Shown piece after piece: positions 1 to 7,465 of a stretch of 27,641 nucleotides of DNA. The stretch's first letter is position 1; each line of letters begins with the position of its first letter. The stretch is from Coraliomargaritaceae bacterium (GTDB taxonomy: Bacteria > Verrucomicrobiota > Verrucomicrobiia > Opitutales > Coraliomargaritaceae). The notes below the pieces were generated by a model. The model was not told the DNA's origin. It saw only the letters and a program-made list of their open reading frames with translations, and made no database searches. The translations under genes were made by a program, and so were the position numbers. Where the stretch lies: the NCBI GenBank assembly GCA_965656495.1, contig CBFHKU010000008.1, positions 1-27,641 of the forward strand. Reading direction: 5' to 3'.

Positions 1-148
1 TCACGACCATATCGCCTGAGATGGACATGTGATTCCTGCTGTAGGCCGTCCATTCACCAAGGTATTCAGGTGGGATTTCACCGCTTTGGCGTCTCTCATT
101 GCAACCAAGCGAGACTAGCAGAGTTAATAGGATGAGGAAACGGATCAT
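1..148 (-). CDS. Partial putative lipoprotein (runs off the left edge of the window)
   Basis: Translated by hand from ATG at 148: MIRFLILLTLLVSLGCNERRQSGEIPPEYLGEWTAYSRNHMSISGDMVV..., open to position 1. Hydrophobic signal ends in a lipobox-like SLGC. Starts 12 bp after the flavoprotein stop. Confidence 0.6.
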   Translation of the reverse strand, partial: MIRFLILLTLLVSLGCNERRQSGEIPPEYLGEWTAYSRNHMSISGDMVV

Positions 149-160
149 GGCGGTATTTAA

Positions 161-1462
161 CTATGTGTCTGTGTTTGCCATGGCTAGTCCAGCGATCCGA
201 GCAGTAGTCCATGCTGATTGGAAATTAAATCCTCCTGTCAGACCGTCGATGTCGATGCACTCGCCAGCAAAATAGAGACCTGGGCAAATTTTACTTTCCA
301 TTGTTCGCCAATCAATCTCCTTACGACTTATGCCCCCGCAGAATACAAACTCGGAAGGGACATATTTAGGCAGCCCATTTTTTCTAAGGTAATCCTTGAC
401 CTCATCTTTGTTGGTGGTTTTGCCCTCGACTTGATAGGATCCGGCGAGGCATTCGCGGAGCAGGGCGGTTTCGCATTGTTTGCTGAGTTGTGCCCAGGGG
501 CAGTCCTCGGGAATTCCGGCGTGATGCACGAGGCGTTCCCAAAGACGACGGGGCAGGGGCTCGATGGGGGTATTCTTGATGGCTTTGCGGGGGGCGCTTT
601 GCCGTAGTTGCTTGAACGCGGCTTGCAGGTCGGCTTCCCCGCAATCGCCGAGCCAGTTGACCGTGAGGGTGAAGTGGTAATTGGCGGCCTGAATTTCGCG
701 GGCGCCCCAGGCGGAGGCGCGCAGGACCGCAGGGCCGCTGAGTCCGCGGTGCGTGATCAGGAGCGGACCGGATTGCGGTTGATTCGCGGGGAGGGCGGTG
801 ACGCGCGCCGTTGGCACGGAGAGGCCCGCGAGTCCATGGAGACGGGCGTCGTTCACGTTGAAGGCAAAAAGGGAGGGCGCCAGTGGTTCAATGTGATGCC
901 CGAGGGCGCGGAGCGCGTCGGGGAGGGCGGAGTTTTTCAAGGAACCGGCAGCGATGCAAAGGGCCTCGACTTCAATGACGTTACCATCGGTAAGGGTGAG
1001 CTTGAAGCCGGTGCCGGGGATATGGCTTAGGTTGGCGAGGCCGCATTCCCTGCGGGTTTCGACACCTGACTCGCGCGCGGCTTGGCGCAGGCAATCGATG
1101 ATGGTTTGCGAATCATCGGTGGTGGGAAACATGCGTCCGTCGGGTTCGCGTTTAATCGGAACCCCGCGCTGGGTGAACCATTCGATGGTGTCACGGGGTT
1201 GCCAGCGGTGGAAAGCGGCGCGGAGTTCGCGGGCACCACGGGGATAATGGGATGCCAGTTCGGCGGGATCAAAGCAGCTGTGGGTCACGTTGCAGCGCCC
1301 GCCCCCCGAGATCTTAACCTTTTGCAGACAATGTTTTCCCTTCTCGAAGAGCATCACGGTCGCTTCAGGATTCGCCTCGGCGGCGGTCACCGCGGCAAAG
1401 AATCCGGCGGCGCCACCGCCGATAATGGCGATCCGGCGCGGGGCTGCATGGGCTTGGGACAT
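161..1462 (-). CDS. NAD(P)/FAD-dependent oxidoreductase, HI0933/YhiN/BaiN family
   Basis: GGGAAG dinucleotide motif, KVKISGGGRCNVT, GRMFP, LITHRGLSGPAVL, GLYFAGECIDIDGLTGGFNFQSAW. Confidence 0.93.
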   Translation of the reverse strand: MSQAHAAPRRIAIIGGGAAGFFAAVTAAEANPEATVMLFEKGKHCLQKVKISGGGRCNVTHSCFDPAELASHYPRGARELRAAFHRWQPRDTIEWFTQRGVPIKREPDGRMFPTTDDSQTIIDCLRQAARESGVETRRECGLANLSHIPGTGFKLTLTDGNVIEVEALCIAAGSLKNSALPDALRALGHHIEPLAPSLFAFNVNDARLHGLAGLSVPTARVTALPANQPQSGPLLITHRGLSGPAVLRASAWGAREIQAANYHFTLTVNWLGDCGEADLQAAFKQLRQSAPRKAIKNTPIEPLPRRLWERLVHHAGIPEDCPWAQLSKQCETALLRECLAGSYQVEGKTTNKDEVKDYLRKNGLPKYVPSEFVFCGGISRKEIDWRTMESKICPGLYFAGECIDIDGLTGGFNFQSAWTTARIAGLAMANTDT

Positions 1463-1584
1463 TCCGCTACGGTGTTAATTGCGAACTGAAAAGCGATTCT
1501 ATTTGCACGCGGAGTCGATAAACCCTTATCTCCGTGGCGCTGTAACCGTCCCCGGTTCTGCCTTACTCAAACGAGACTACTATT

Positions 1585-3171
1585 GTGATTCATCTTATTT
1601 ACCGAAAATTCGGCAATCGTCTGCATACAAAAGACGATATTCTCTCTGGCCTGACGGTCGCTCTTGCCCTTGTTCCCGAGGCCGTGGCATTTGCCATCAT
1701 TGCGGGGGTTCCGCCTCTGGTAGGTCTTTATGCCGCCTTTATGGTATGCCTCATCACTGCGGTGGCAGGCGGACGCCCGGGGATGATTTCCGGCGCGACG
1801 GGTGCCTTGGCGGTCATCATGGTCGGACTCGTGAAGTTGGGCAATGAGCGGGGTCTGGAACTGGGCTTGGGCGAAAATGCGGGCCTGCAGTATTTATTTG
1901 CGGCGGTCATTTTGATGGGGCTCATCCAAGTGGGCTGCGGGGCGATGCGTTTGGGGCGTTTTATTCGACTCATCCCGCAACCGGTGATGTTCGGATTCGT
2001 CAATGGATTGGCGATTGTGATTTTTCAGGCACAGTTCCCGATGTTTACCGGCGCGCCGACCGAACCCGGCGCAGCATGGCTGGGCGGTTCCGCGCTTTAT
2101 CTGATGCTTGGATTGGTCGCGCTCACGATGTTCATTATCCAATTCCTGCCAAAACTGACCACCCAGGTACCGTCTTCGTTGGTGGCGATTGTCACGGTCA
2201 GTCTGATTGTGATCGGGTTCAATTTCGACACCCTCGTGGTCGGTAATATGTCCGCGATTGGCGGCGGACTCCCGAGTCTCGTGCAGTTTAATATCCCGCT
2301 CGATTGGGACACCTTTCAATTCATTCTTCCATTTTCCATTATTCTCGCGGCGGTTGGTTTGATTGAATCCCTGATGACCTTGACGCTGATTGATGAATTG
2401 ACCGAAACGCGGGGCAAGAGCAACCGCGAGTGCGTCGGGCAGGGGCTTGCGAATGTGGTGACCGGTTTCTTTGGCGGGATGGGCGGCTGCGCCATGATCG
2501 GGCAGAGTATCATCAACATCCGCTCCGGTGGTCGCGGCCGCTTGTCGGGGATCGCCGCAGGTAGTTTCCTCCTCATTTTTATTCTCTTCGCGAGCCCGCT
2601 GATCGAACGCATTCCATTGGCGGCGTTGACGGGCGTGATGTTTATGGTGGTGGTTGGCACCTTTGAATGGTCCAGCTTCCGCATTCTTCGCAAGATTCCC
2701 AAGACCGATGCCTTTGTGCTGGTGCTGGTTTCCGGTGTAACGGTCGTAACGCACAACCTCGCGCTTGCCGTTATTTCCGGCGTGATTGTCTCGGCACTCG
2801 CCTTTGCGTGGAAATCCGCGCACCACATTCACCGCTCCTCCGAAACCCGTAAGGACGGCGTTAAAGTGTACTATTTGCATGGTCCGCTCTTCTTTGGCTC
2901 CGCCACCGAGTTCAGTAATGAATTCAAGCCCGCCTCGGATCCGGAGGAGGTTATTATCGATTTCAAAGATTCGCGGGTCTGGGATCACTCCGGCCTCGAT
3001 GCCATCAGTAAACTCGCAGACCGCTACCGCGCCGCTGGGAAGATCCTGCACTTGCAACATATCAGTCCCAATTGCCGCGAATTGCTCAAAAAAGCCGACA
3101 GCATGGTCGATGTCATTCTTTTACCCGATGACCCGACCTACCATGTCGCCAATATCAAGGTGCCGGAATAG
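1585..3171 (+). CDS. SulP/SLC26 inorganic anion transporter with C-terminal STAS domain
   Basis: DILSGLTVALALVPEAVAFA, GGRPGMISGATGA, GGMGGCAMIGQS; STAS motif GPLFFGS...IIDF..SRVWDHSG. Confidence 0.93.
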   Translation: MIHLIYRKFGNRLHTKDDILSGLTVALALVPEAVAFAIIAGVPPLVGLYAAFMVCLITAVAGGRPGMISGATGALAVIMVGLVKLGNERGLELGLGENAGLQYLFAAVILMGLIQVGCGAMRLGRFIRLIPQPVMFGFVNGLAIVIFQAQFPMFTGAPTEPGAAWLGGSALYLMLGLVALTMFIIQFLPKLTTQVPSSLVAIVTVSLIVIGFNFDTLVVGNMSAIGGGLPSLVQFNIPLDWDTFQFILPFSIILAAVGLIESLMTLTLIDELTETRGKSNRECVGQGLANVVTGFFGGMGGCAMIGQSIINIRSGGRGRLSGIAAGSFLLIFILFASPLIERIPLAALTGVMFMVVVGTFEWSSFRILRKIPKTDAFVLVLVSGVTVVTHNLALAVISGVIVSALAFAWKSAHHIHRSSETRKDGVKVYYLHGPLFFGSATEFSNEFKPASDPEEVIIDFKDSRVWDHSGLDAISKLADRYRAAGKILHLQHISPNCRELLKKADSMVDVILLPDDPTYHVANIKVPE

Positions 3172-3226
3172 GCAATGTGTAGTTCGTGAATAAAGCTTCC
3201 CGGGGAGGGAACCACGGAAGGGGTTT

Positions 3227-3274
3227 AAGGTGGGAAGGTGGGAAAGTGGGAAAGTAGGAAAGTGTGAAGGTGGG
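3227..3274. repeat. 8-bp tandem repeat AA(G/A)GTGGG, 6 copies (imperfect)
   Basis: aaggtggg aaggtggg aaagtggg aaagtagg aaagtgtg aaggtggg; degenerate copies recur near 3689-3708. Confidence 0.85.
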
Positions 3275-3279
3275 ATCAG

Positions 3280-3313
3280 TCTTAATTTTATTCTTAATCC
3301 TAATCTTACTCTT
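3280..3313. repeat. 6-bp tandem repeat TCTTAA-like, about 5.5 copies
   Basis: tcttaa ttttat tcttaa tcctaa tcttac tctt. Confidence 0.7.
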
Positions 3314-3449
3314 GGGAACATCGAACATCCAATTAACAAACCACCAACCTCACAGTCTCTGCGTTAAAATTTCCAAGCTCTGTGCCTTTGCTCCTCAGCG
3401 TTTTTACTTCCAACCACACAGCGCGGCCCTGAGGCCAGCATAGCTGGCG

Positions 3450-3523
3450 ACCGCTAATAGGCGCTAATTTTCGCTAATCCTTAAAACAAAACTATTAGTG
3501 TTTATAAGCGAGGATTAGTGGTT
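3450..3523. repeat. Inward-facing inverted pair of 10-bp-periodic CGCTAAT triplets
   Basis: ccgctaat ag gcgctaat tt tcgctaat ... attagtg ttt ataagcg agg attagtg gtt. Confidence 0.8.
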
Positions 3524-3570
3524 CCGGCTCTGCCGTATTTTGTAACGCAGAGGAACAGAGGGTGGGATAT

Positions 3571-3634
3571 CGTGGAAGCGGCAATCCTGCCGCTTTGCTT
3601 GGGGCTGGAAAGCGACAAGAGTGTCGCTTCCACG
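3571..3634. repeat. GTRG-type REP doublet (REPIN-like)
   Basis: CGTGGAAGCGGCA-ATCC-TGCCGCTTT and an inverted partner whose reverse complement is CGTGGAAGCGACA-CTCT-TGTCGCTTT; each copy is a GTGG tetranucleotide plus a short palindrome. Confidence 0.75.
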
Positions 3635-3775
3635 CTTTTGCTTGTGGCTGAAACCTTGAAGGTTAATCACGAAATGCACGAAGGGGGTTAAGGTGTGAAT
3701 GTGTGAAGCTGTGCTGGAGAATATAATCCGTAGAATATCAATGACAAATCTACATCATACCCCTATCCAAAAGTT

Positions 3776-4558
3776 ATGAATTATCAATTAAGCGCAATTC
3801 TGGACGAAGCGAAAATCAAACGGGAGGGTCAGCTCAAGACCCTCAATCTGGCCATGCTTGCCTATGCAGGGATTGTAATACTCTTAGCCCTGCCTTCCGC
3901 GATTGCTGAAGTAACGGGGGCTTCGCCTGAAGTTCTTTTTGCGACCCAGTTGATTTTTGATTTCTTCCTGTCTCCTTTATTGACCCTGCCGCTTTTGGCA
4001 GGGATCTCGTGCCTGGGTCTAGCCCGGGCGCGTGAACAAATGATTCGGGTTGGTTCGATATTCGGGCACTATAATAAAATTTGGCCTTTATTCGGGTATA
4101 CGGTTTTATGTTGGTTATTCTTTTTTCTCCTTTTGGCGGGTGTCGCGATGATAACAGCCGTATCAGTATTAGCCGGTGATGCGGTTTTTCCTGTTGTCTT
4201 AACGGTCAGTGTACTTGCAGTTGTCTTATTCTCGGTTTACGTCGGCATCCTGCTTTCTTTTGCCGTGCTGCTCATCGTTGATCAGGATCTAGGCGTAATA
4301 GCCGCAATCAAACGCTCAATCGCGGCGGTTCGGCTCTCGGGTTCCTTCGCGCTGCTTTTCAAATATTACTTCATGTTTTTCCTGTGGCTAATCCTCGGTC
4401 TCTTCACTCTGGGTATCGCTTACTTCTGGATCTTTCCAAAATACACCATCGCATACGGCATCATCTACCGCAACCTGTTCGACGGCGATACCGTCATGCC
4501 AAAGTCGGTCGACGACCCACACCAAGGCCCCCTCGCGAAATATTCGCAGGCAAATTAA
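3776..4558 (+). CDS. Hypothetical multi-pass membrane protein (loosely DUF975/YciC-like)
   Basis: 260 aa with about 5-6 hydrophobic segments; D.DLGVIAAIKRS and LGLFTLGIAYFWIFP...IYRNL patterns. Confidence 0.75.
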   Translation: MNYQLSAILDEAKIKREGQLKTLNLAMLAYAGIVILLALPSAIAEVTGASPEVLFATQLIFDFFLSPLLTLPLLAGISCLGLARAREQMIRVGSIFGHYNKIWPLFGYTVLCWLFFFLLLAGVAMITAVSVLAGDAVFPVVLTVSVLAVVLFSVYVGILLSFAVLLIVDQDLGVIAAIKRSIAAVRLSGSFALLFKYYFMFFLWLILGLFTLGIAYFWIFPKYTIAYGIIYRNLFDGDTVMPKSVDDPHQGPLAKYSQAN

Positions 4559-4566
4559 TTGAAATC

Positions 4567-4636
4567 CCTCCGTGTCCTCTGAGTCTTTGTGGTGAACCCG
4601 ATATGAACTCACCACGGAGAAACAATGCGCACAGAG
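4567..4636. repeat. 70-bp hairpin repeat upstream of the GxxExxY gene
   Basis: Near-identical to 5111-5180; left arm CTCCGTGTCC...TTTGTGGTGA, 13-nt loop, right arm TCACCACGGAGA...CACAGAG. Confidence 0.92.
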
Positions 4637-4705
4637 GAATTGATGAAACTTTGAGCAAATGCATTATTGACAAAATGGTTTAAATAGCCCAAATAAGTAA
4701 AATAT

Positions 4706-5104
4706 ATGTCAGGTGGTTGTTTTAATGAGCAGGATTCTGTTAATAAGCTTTCCAAAGTTGTTATTGGGGCAGCAATTGAAGTGCATCAAGCTTTGGGACC
4801 TGGGTTATTGGAATCCACTTACCAACAATGTCTTAAGCATGAACTAAAGCTCAGGGGGGTATCAGTAAGATCAGAAGTTGAATTAGCGGTTTCTTATAAG
4901 GGTATGGCGTTAGACTGCGGTTATCGAATTGATTTTATTGTAGGTGAGTCACTTTTGTTGGAGTTAAAAAGTGTACGCAAAATTGAAGCTATTCACGAAG
5001 CCCAAATTTTGACTTACCTAAAGCTTGCTAAAATCAAAACAGGTTTACTTATGAATTTTAACGTCCCTGTTTTGAAGGATGGTATTAAGCGCTTTGTTAA
5101 TTAG
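4706..5104 (+). CDS. GxxExxY protein (PD-(D/E)xK nuclease superfamily)
   Basis: IGAAIEVHQALGPGLLESTY signature; RIDFIV...LLELKS catalytic D...ExK; HEAQILTYLK; GLLMNFN; 132 aa; AT-rich relative to core genes. Confidence 0.95.
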   Translation: MSGGCFNEQDSVNKLSKVVIGAAIEVHQALGPGLLESTYQQCLKHELKLRGVSVRSEVELAVSYKGMALDCGYRIDFIVGESLLLELKSVRKIEAIHEAQILTYLKLAKIKTGLLMNFNVPVLKDGIKRFVN

Positions 5105-5110
5105 ATAATC

Positions 5111-5484
5111 CCTCCGTGTCCTCTGAGTCTTTGTGGTGAACCAAATATGAACTCACCACGGAGACACAAAGCGCACAGAGAAAGTGTTTATGCTTTGATT
5201 CATTAATCAAAAAACCCTCCGTGTCCTTCGTGTCTTTGTGGTGAACCCAATATGAACTCACCTCGGAGACACGAAGCACACAGAGAAAGTGTTTATGCTC
5301 TGATTCATTAATCAAAAAAGCCTCCGTGTCCTTAGTGTCTTTGTGGTGAACCCAATATGAACTCACCGCGGAGACACGAAGCACACAGAGAAAGTGTTTA
5401 TGCTTTGATTCATTAATCAAAAAAGCCTCCGTGTCCTTAGTGTCTTTGTGGTGAACCCAATACGGAGACACGAGGCGCAAAGAG
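5111..5484. repeat. 105-bp tandem array of 70-bp hairpin plus 35-bp linker (3 full units and 1 deleted unit)
   Basis: Units start at 5111, 5216, 5321 and 5426. The linker contains a small hairpin TTTGATT-CATT-AATCAAA. The 4th unit lacks about 11 nt spanning the loop and right arm. Confidence 0.95.
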
Positions 5485-5493
5485 GCGGCAAAG

Positions 5494-5523
5494 AAAAAAC
5501 CGCTCCCTGAAGAGGAGCGGTTT
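5494..5523 (-). terminator. Intrinsic terminator downstream of tRNA-Arg
   Basis: Minus strand AAACCGCTCC-TCTTCAG-GGAGCGG followed by TTTTTT. Confidence 0.8.
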
Positions 5524-5528
5524 CAAAA

Positions 5529-5605
<77 letters not shown>

Positions 5606-5678
5606 ATGAAATGGAAGCGATTAATCTGCGTGCTTCGCTTGTTTTAATCAAGGCTAAGTTTTGGAAAATAATTATGCC

Positions 5679-6041
5679 TTAGAGAAAACGGAACCAGTAG
5701 ACCGCCGCAATGGCGATGGCGCCGAGGGCGAGGAGGACCCACCAGATCTTGGGAGCGCAGCAGGGTTTGCGGTTGATGGCGACAATCATGCCGCCGAGCG
5801 CGACCCAGACCGCGAGTTTGATCCAGATCCAGGTTTCGCTGTAGCTGTAACCTAGCTTTGCGATCAAACCGAAGCCCGCTACGAGGATGAGGAGCAGGCC
5901 GATGCCGCTCGTGATGGAGCCCATCTTCTTGAGGCGAGGGCAGTCACTTCCCGCGAGGGCGCGACCGAGGAGGGCGCCGTAACCGAGGAATACCATGAGG
6001 ATGCCGAGGATGTGTAGGATTTGATAGATTTGGTGTGACAT
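5679..6041 (-). CDS. Small four-TM membrane protein (hypothetical, loosely SirB2-like)
   Basis: 120 aa, four hydrophobic helices, YQILH...GIGLLLILVAGFGL...WIWIKL. Confidence 0.8.
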   Translation of the reverse strand: MSHQIYQILHILGILMVFLGYGALLGRALAGSDCPRLKKMGSITSGIGLLLILVAGFGLIAKLGYSYSETWIWIKLAVWVALGGMIVAINRKPCCAPKIWWVLLALGAIAIAAVYWFRFL

Positions 6042-6070
6042 AGGTGATGTAAGAATTGAATTTTGCGGGC

Positions 6071-6105
6071 AAAATGCAAGCCCGGGTGTCGTTGCCCGGG
6101 CCTGC
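6071..6105 (-). terminator. Probable intrinsic terminator after hpf
   Basis: Minus strand GCAGGCCCGGGC-AACGAC-ACCCGGGCTTGC followed by ATTTT. Confidence 0.55.
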
Positions 6106-6136
6106 GGTTGTTTGGTTGTCTTGAGTGTGAAGCTGC

Positions 6137-6502
6137 TTAGACGGCCTTGGGAATAGCGGCGGGGATATCCACTTCGTGGGTATGCTTGCGTTTGACGCGT
6201 TCGAGGCGGGAGCGGCGGCGCAGCATGCGGTCGAGTTTTTGCACCATCATGTCGATGGACTTGTAGGTGTCGTCGCTAGCGACCCGCACAATGTGATCAT
6301 TGCCCCGAACTTCAAGGTGGCCTTTGGCGAGGTATTCTCCCTCGTGAGTCTTATTGTGCGGCGCGTATTCCAATTCCACGCGCATGCGCACGATGTTGTC
6401 ATCGTGCTCAAAGAGTTTTGTCGCTTTCTCATGAACCATGTTTTTCATCGCATCCGTAAGGGTAATATTGATGCCGGAGATGATGATGTCTTGCTCTTTC
6501 AT
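6137..6502 (-). CDS. hpf: Ribosome hibernation promoting factor (HPF/RaiA family)
   Basis: IIISGINITLTDAMK..V.EK..KL...D.YKSID.MV.KLDRMLRR pattern. Confidence 0.88.
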   Translation of the reverse strand: MKEQDIIISGINITLTDAMKNMVHEKATKLFEHDDNIVRMRVELEYAPHNKTHEGEYLAKGHLEVRGNDHIVRVASDDTYKSIDMMVQKLDRMLRRRSRLERVKRKHTHEVDIPAAIPKAV

Positions 6503-6565
6503 ATTTTGCGTCCTTGGTTGTGTGGTTGTGGTTGAATGGGTACTGTGATACCCATTGTTAAATTT

Positions 6566-7465
6566 ATGAAAGTCGCGAAATTGAAAAGTTCCTTGTCCCG
6601 CTTGTCGGCACCGTCGCCGCGGGAATACTTGAACCGTGTTTCACTCGTAGTAGTGACAGGGGGTTCTTCGGGAATTGGGAGCGCTCTAATCAAGGCAATT
6701 TCAAATATTAAGCCGGGTTTGGAGCTTTGCAATCTTTCTCGGACAAAACCGGCATTTTTTTCGGCGGATTCGTCCGGGCACTACGGGGTGGATTTAAGCG
6801 ATGGAGCGGCTCTGGCGGGTGCAGCAGAGTGGGCGCAGGGACGCATCGCGGCGGCAGCGCCGGGTGAGGTGCTTTTGATCAACAATAGCGGCTTTGGTGA
6901 TTACGGGGCGTTTGCGGAGGTGGATGCTGAGAAACAGCTCCGGATGATTGATCTGAACGTGCGTGCAGTGGTGGATTTAACGGCGCGATTGTTGCCGCAG
7001 ATCTTGGAGCGCGGCGGTGCAGTGGTGAATGTCGCATCGACCGCCGCTTTTCAGGCGACTCCGCAAATGGCGACGTATGGGGCGAGCAAAGCCTTTGTTT
7101 TAAACTGGTCACTCGCGCTGAACGACGAATTGCGGGAAACGGAGGTGCATGCATTGGCGGTCTGCCCCGGGCCGACCCGCTCGAATTTCTTTAAGGCAGC
7201 GGGGTTTGAGAGCCCGCCGGGCGAGGGTGGTTTGAATCAATGGCTGGATATGACGGCGGAGGAAGTGGCGGCGCAGACACTGCGTGCTCTGGCGCGCCGC
7301 AAGGCGGTCGTGGTGACGGGTTGGAAAAATTGTATCATCGCATCCCTGCATCGTTTTGTGAGCAAGGCAGGCAGTGCGCGCATTGCGGGCTGGGCGATGA
7401 AAAAGCTGCGCCTGGAGCAATTTCGCGCTGGGAACGCATCTTCTGGGGGTCAAGGCAATGCCTGA
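6566..7465 (+). CDS. Short-chain dehydrogenase/reductase (start uncertain; ORF open from 6536)
   Basis: TGGSSGIG, LINNSG, NVASTAA, YGASK, CPGPT. Confidence 0.9.
   Translation: MKVAKLKSSLSRLSAPSPREYLNRVSLVVVTGGSSGIGSALIKAISNIKPGLELCNLSRTKPAFFSADSSGHYGVDLSDGAALAGAAEWAQGRIAAAAPGEVLLINNSGFGDYGAFAEVDAEKQLRMIDLNVRAVVDLTARLLPQILERGGAVVNVASTAAFQATPQMATYGASKAFVLNWSLALNDELRETEVHALAVCPGPTRSNFFKAAGFESPPGEGGLNQWLDMTAEEVAAQTLRALARRKAVVVTGWKNCIIASLHRFVSKAGSARIAGWAMKKLRLEQFRAGNASSGGQGNA

Noticed and set aside
341..409. Fusion to an AMP-binding enzyme fragment (LPKYVPSEFVF resembles LPxYMVPxxFV)
   Set aside because: The match is too short and no other adenylation motifs are present; it is probably coincidental.
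4567..4636. Integron attC site
   Set aside because: The hairpin lacks RYYYAAC/GTTRRRY ends and there is no integron integrase in the window.
5097..5480. 127-aa minus-strand repeat protein
   Set aside because: It is a by-product of the 105-bp (3n) period; many differences between units are non-synonymous in this frame and the start is weak.
5111..5484. CRISPR array
   Set aside because: Linkers are near-identical rather than unique spacers, the 70-bp repeat is too long, and no cas genes are present.
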